Assembly (NCBI GenBank): GCA_046757165.1
Contig: JBHHXT010000096.1
Span: 1-17,897 of the forward strand
Origin: a bacterium
GTDB lineage: Bacteria; Zhuqueibacterota; Zhuqueibacteria; Oceanimicrobiales; Oceanimicrobiaceae
Direction: 5' to 3'
DNA: 17,897 bases
Shown piece by piece: positions 16,208 through 17,897 of the stretch (position 1 is its first letter; every line of letters begins with the position of its first letter). A program made the position numbers and the translations under genes. The notes beneath the pieces were generated by a model. It ran no database searches. It was not told the origin of the DNA and saw nothing but the letters and a program-made list of their open reading frames with translations.

Positions 16208-16396
16208 TAGACTCAAATCGAGCCGATGTCATTAGAAGCTGCCCAGGAGCCACCAATCGGGCAGCGCAGTGACCTTCGAATGGACTTGAAGTATGTCTCG
16301 CCCAGGATAAACAACATACCCATGTGGCACATTGGGATTGTCAGACAAAAAGGACAGGAGGCTGGATGCGTAGAACAAATACATAGGGTGAATCGC

Positions 16397-17897
16397 ATGC
16401 TGAAGAGTTATCTCAAAATTGCTCTTAGAAATCTGCTCAAGTACAGAGGCCATACCCTTATCAATCTGGTCGGGTTGTCGGCCGGCATCACGGCCTGTTT
16501 GCTGGTCTACTTGTTCGTTCGGCATGAATGGACCTTTGACCGCTTTCATGCGCATGCCGACCGCATCTACCGGGTGATTCAGCATGAGCGGGAATCCACC
16601 CGCGCGGTCCACTCCTTTGCCGAAACTCCTGTGCCTCTTGCTGCGACGCTCGAACAAAGCCACCCTGAGGTCGTAGACTTCGCGCGCGTGGTCACCAACC
16701 GGGCGGTCGTGCGCCAGGGCAGCAGCAGTTTTCAGGAGCGGCTGTACCTGGTCGACCCCACCTTGCTGACCATGTTCACCTTCCCGCTCCTGAGCGGCGA
16801 CCCACGGACCGCGTTGCAGGACCCGGGCTCGATCGTCATCACCGAAAGCGTGGCGAAGAAATATTTCGGCGAACAAGCAGCGCTTGGCGAGCAACTGAAC
16901 ATCCAGCTCGGCTCGGAAGCCCGCGACTTCGTGGTCTCCGGGGTTGCCCGGGATGTCCCGCGCAATTCCAGCATTCGCTTCGATTTTCTCCTGCCCTTCG
17001 AGAATATCAAAGAGCTGATCTCCTCGCAGGCGCTCAACCACTGGGGCATTATCATTCCAGAAACGTATCTTGAACTGGCGCCGAGCGCGCAGCCGGTGAA
17101 GCTGGAAAGGCGCATCACCACGACAGTGCAGACCTATTATGATCAAGTCTTCGAACCGGGACTGGTGCAGCTTTTTCTGCAGCCGCTAACGGATATTCAT
17201 CTCAACCCGAGTTACGAAGGCGGGTCCGAGCCAGTGAGCCATCCGGCCTATTCGATTGTTCTGAGTAGCATCGCCCTGATGATCTTGCTGGTCGCATGCA
17301 TCAACTTCACCATTCTGGCCACCGGTCGCTGCACCTATCGTGCGCGCGAAATCGGCGTGCGCAAGGTGCTGGGCGCGAACCGCAGGCAGGTGCGGCGCCA
17401 GTTCTGGGGTGAGGCCACCTGCTTCAGCGTGATAGCGACGGTCCTGGCCGTCGGGCTGGCGGAGCTGTTTTTGCCCGGTTTCAACCGGCTATCCGGTCTG
17501 CACCTGGTCTTGAACTATGATGTCGTGAGCCTGCTCGTCATGGGCAGCGCGACCGTGCTGGTCGGTCTGCTGGCGGGCAGCTACCCCTCGCTGGTGCTCT
17601 CGCGCTTCAACCCGATTGCCGCGCTGCGCGGCCAGGTCAAGATCGGGCGTGAGAATCTCCTGCAGCAGGGCCTGGCGGTAACGCAGTTCACCATTTCCAT
17701 CGCGCTCATCGTTGCGACATTCCTGATGCTCAGCCAGCTGCACTACCTGCGGTCGAAAAACCTGGGCTTCGATAAGGAGCAGGTGGTGGTCGTCCGTCCG
17801 GGAGGCGCGGCCGAAGAAAACGCACGGGTGCTTGAACGTTTCCGGAACGCCGCACCAAGGAGATAGGCATCCGCAAGGTGCTCGGCGCCACCGTGGC
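16397..17897 (+). pseudogene. Second duplicated MacB/FtsX permease, disrupted by an out-of-frame internal deletion
   Basis: Start MLKSYLKIALRNL at ATG 16397; frame stops at 17866. ERRTKEIGIRKVLGATV of the C-terminal FtsX domain appears from 17845 in another frame. Confidence 0.85.

Noticed and set aside
16325..16341. TGGCAC as the sigma54 -24 box of the second permease
   Set aside because: TTG is 2 nt out of register; the site at 16188-16203 matches the paralog promoter's spacing exactly.
16226..16396. N-terminal extension of the permease ORF
   Set aside because: The family N-terminus MLKSYLKIALRNL begins at 16397. Similar over-extensions were trimmed for the desaturase, AraC, DinB and 6250 genes.
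16232..17146. 304-aa - strand ORF
   Set aside because: Antisense shadow of the permease.

Overview
Bacterial genomic window of moderately high GC, mostly minus-strand genes. The gene mix (orphan duplicated MacB/FtsX permeases, sigma54-type promoters, many short palindromic intergenic repeats) resembles FCB-group/KSB1-like bacteria, which is an inference only. Left part: a membrane-anchored alpha/beta hydrolase (partial), two secreted hypothetical proteins, an AraC-desaturase-methyltransferase module, a DinB protein, a secreted protein and a YciI-TetR pair with an operator. Middle: an AT-rich islet (~8050-8800) between two TolB/PD40 gene relics. It holds a 57-aa coiled-coil/AT-hook-like microprotein absent from the ORF track, followed by a four-way-junction RNA-like structure that competes with a terminator. 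Right part: two outward-facing MacB-type permease genes enclosing a secreted propeller-like protein and a three-gene operon (RHH-like protein with an 'LGYL' tail, non-canonical sulfatase-fold enzyme, methyltransferase). The two permease genes share a gaplessly alignable 111-bp upstream module (two enhancer-like boxes, an AT-rich block, a GG-N10-GA sigma54-like core). Several genes appear to carry clean internal deletions. I found no rRNA, canonical tRNA, CRISPR array or transposase. All family assignments come from motif recognition, not database searches.
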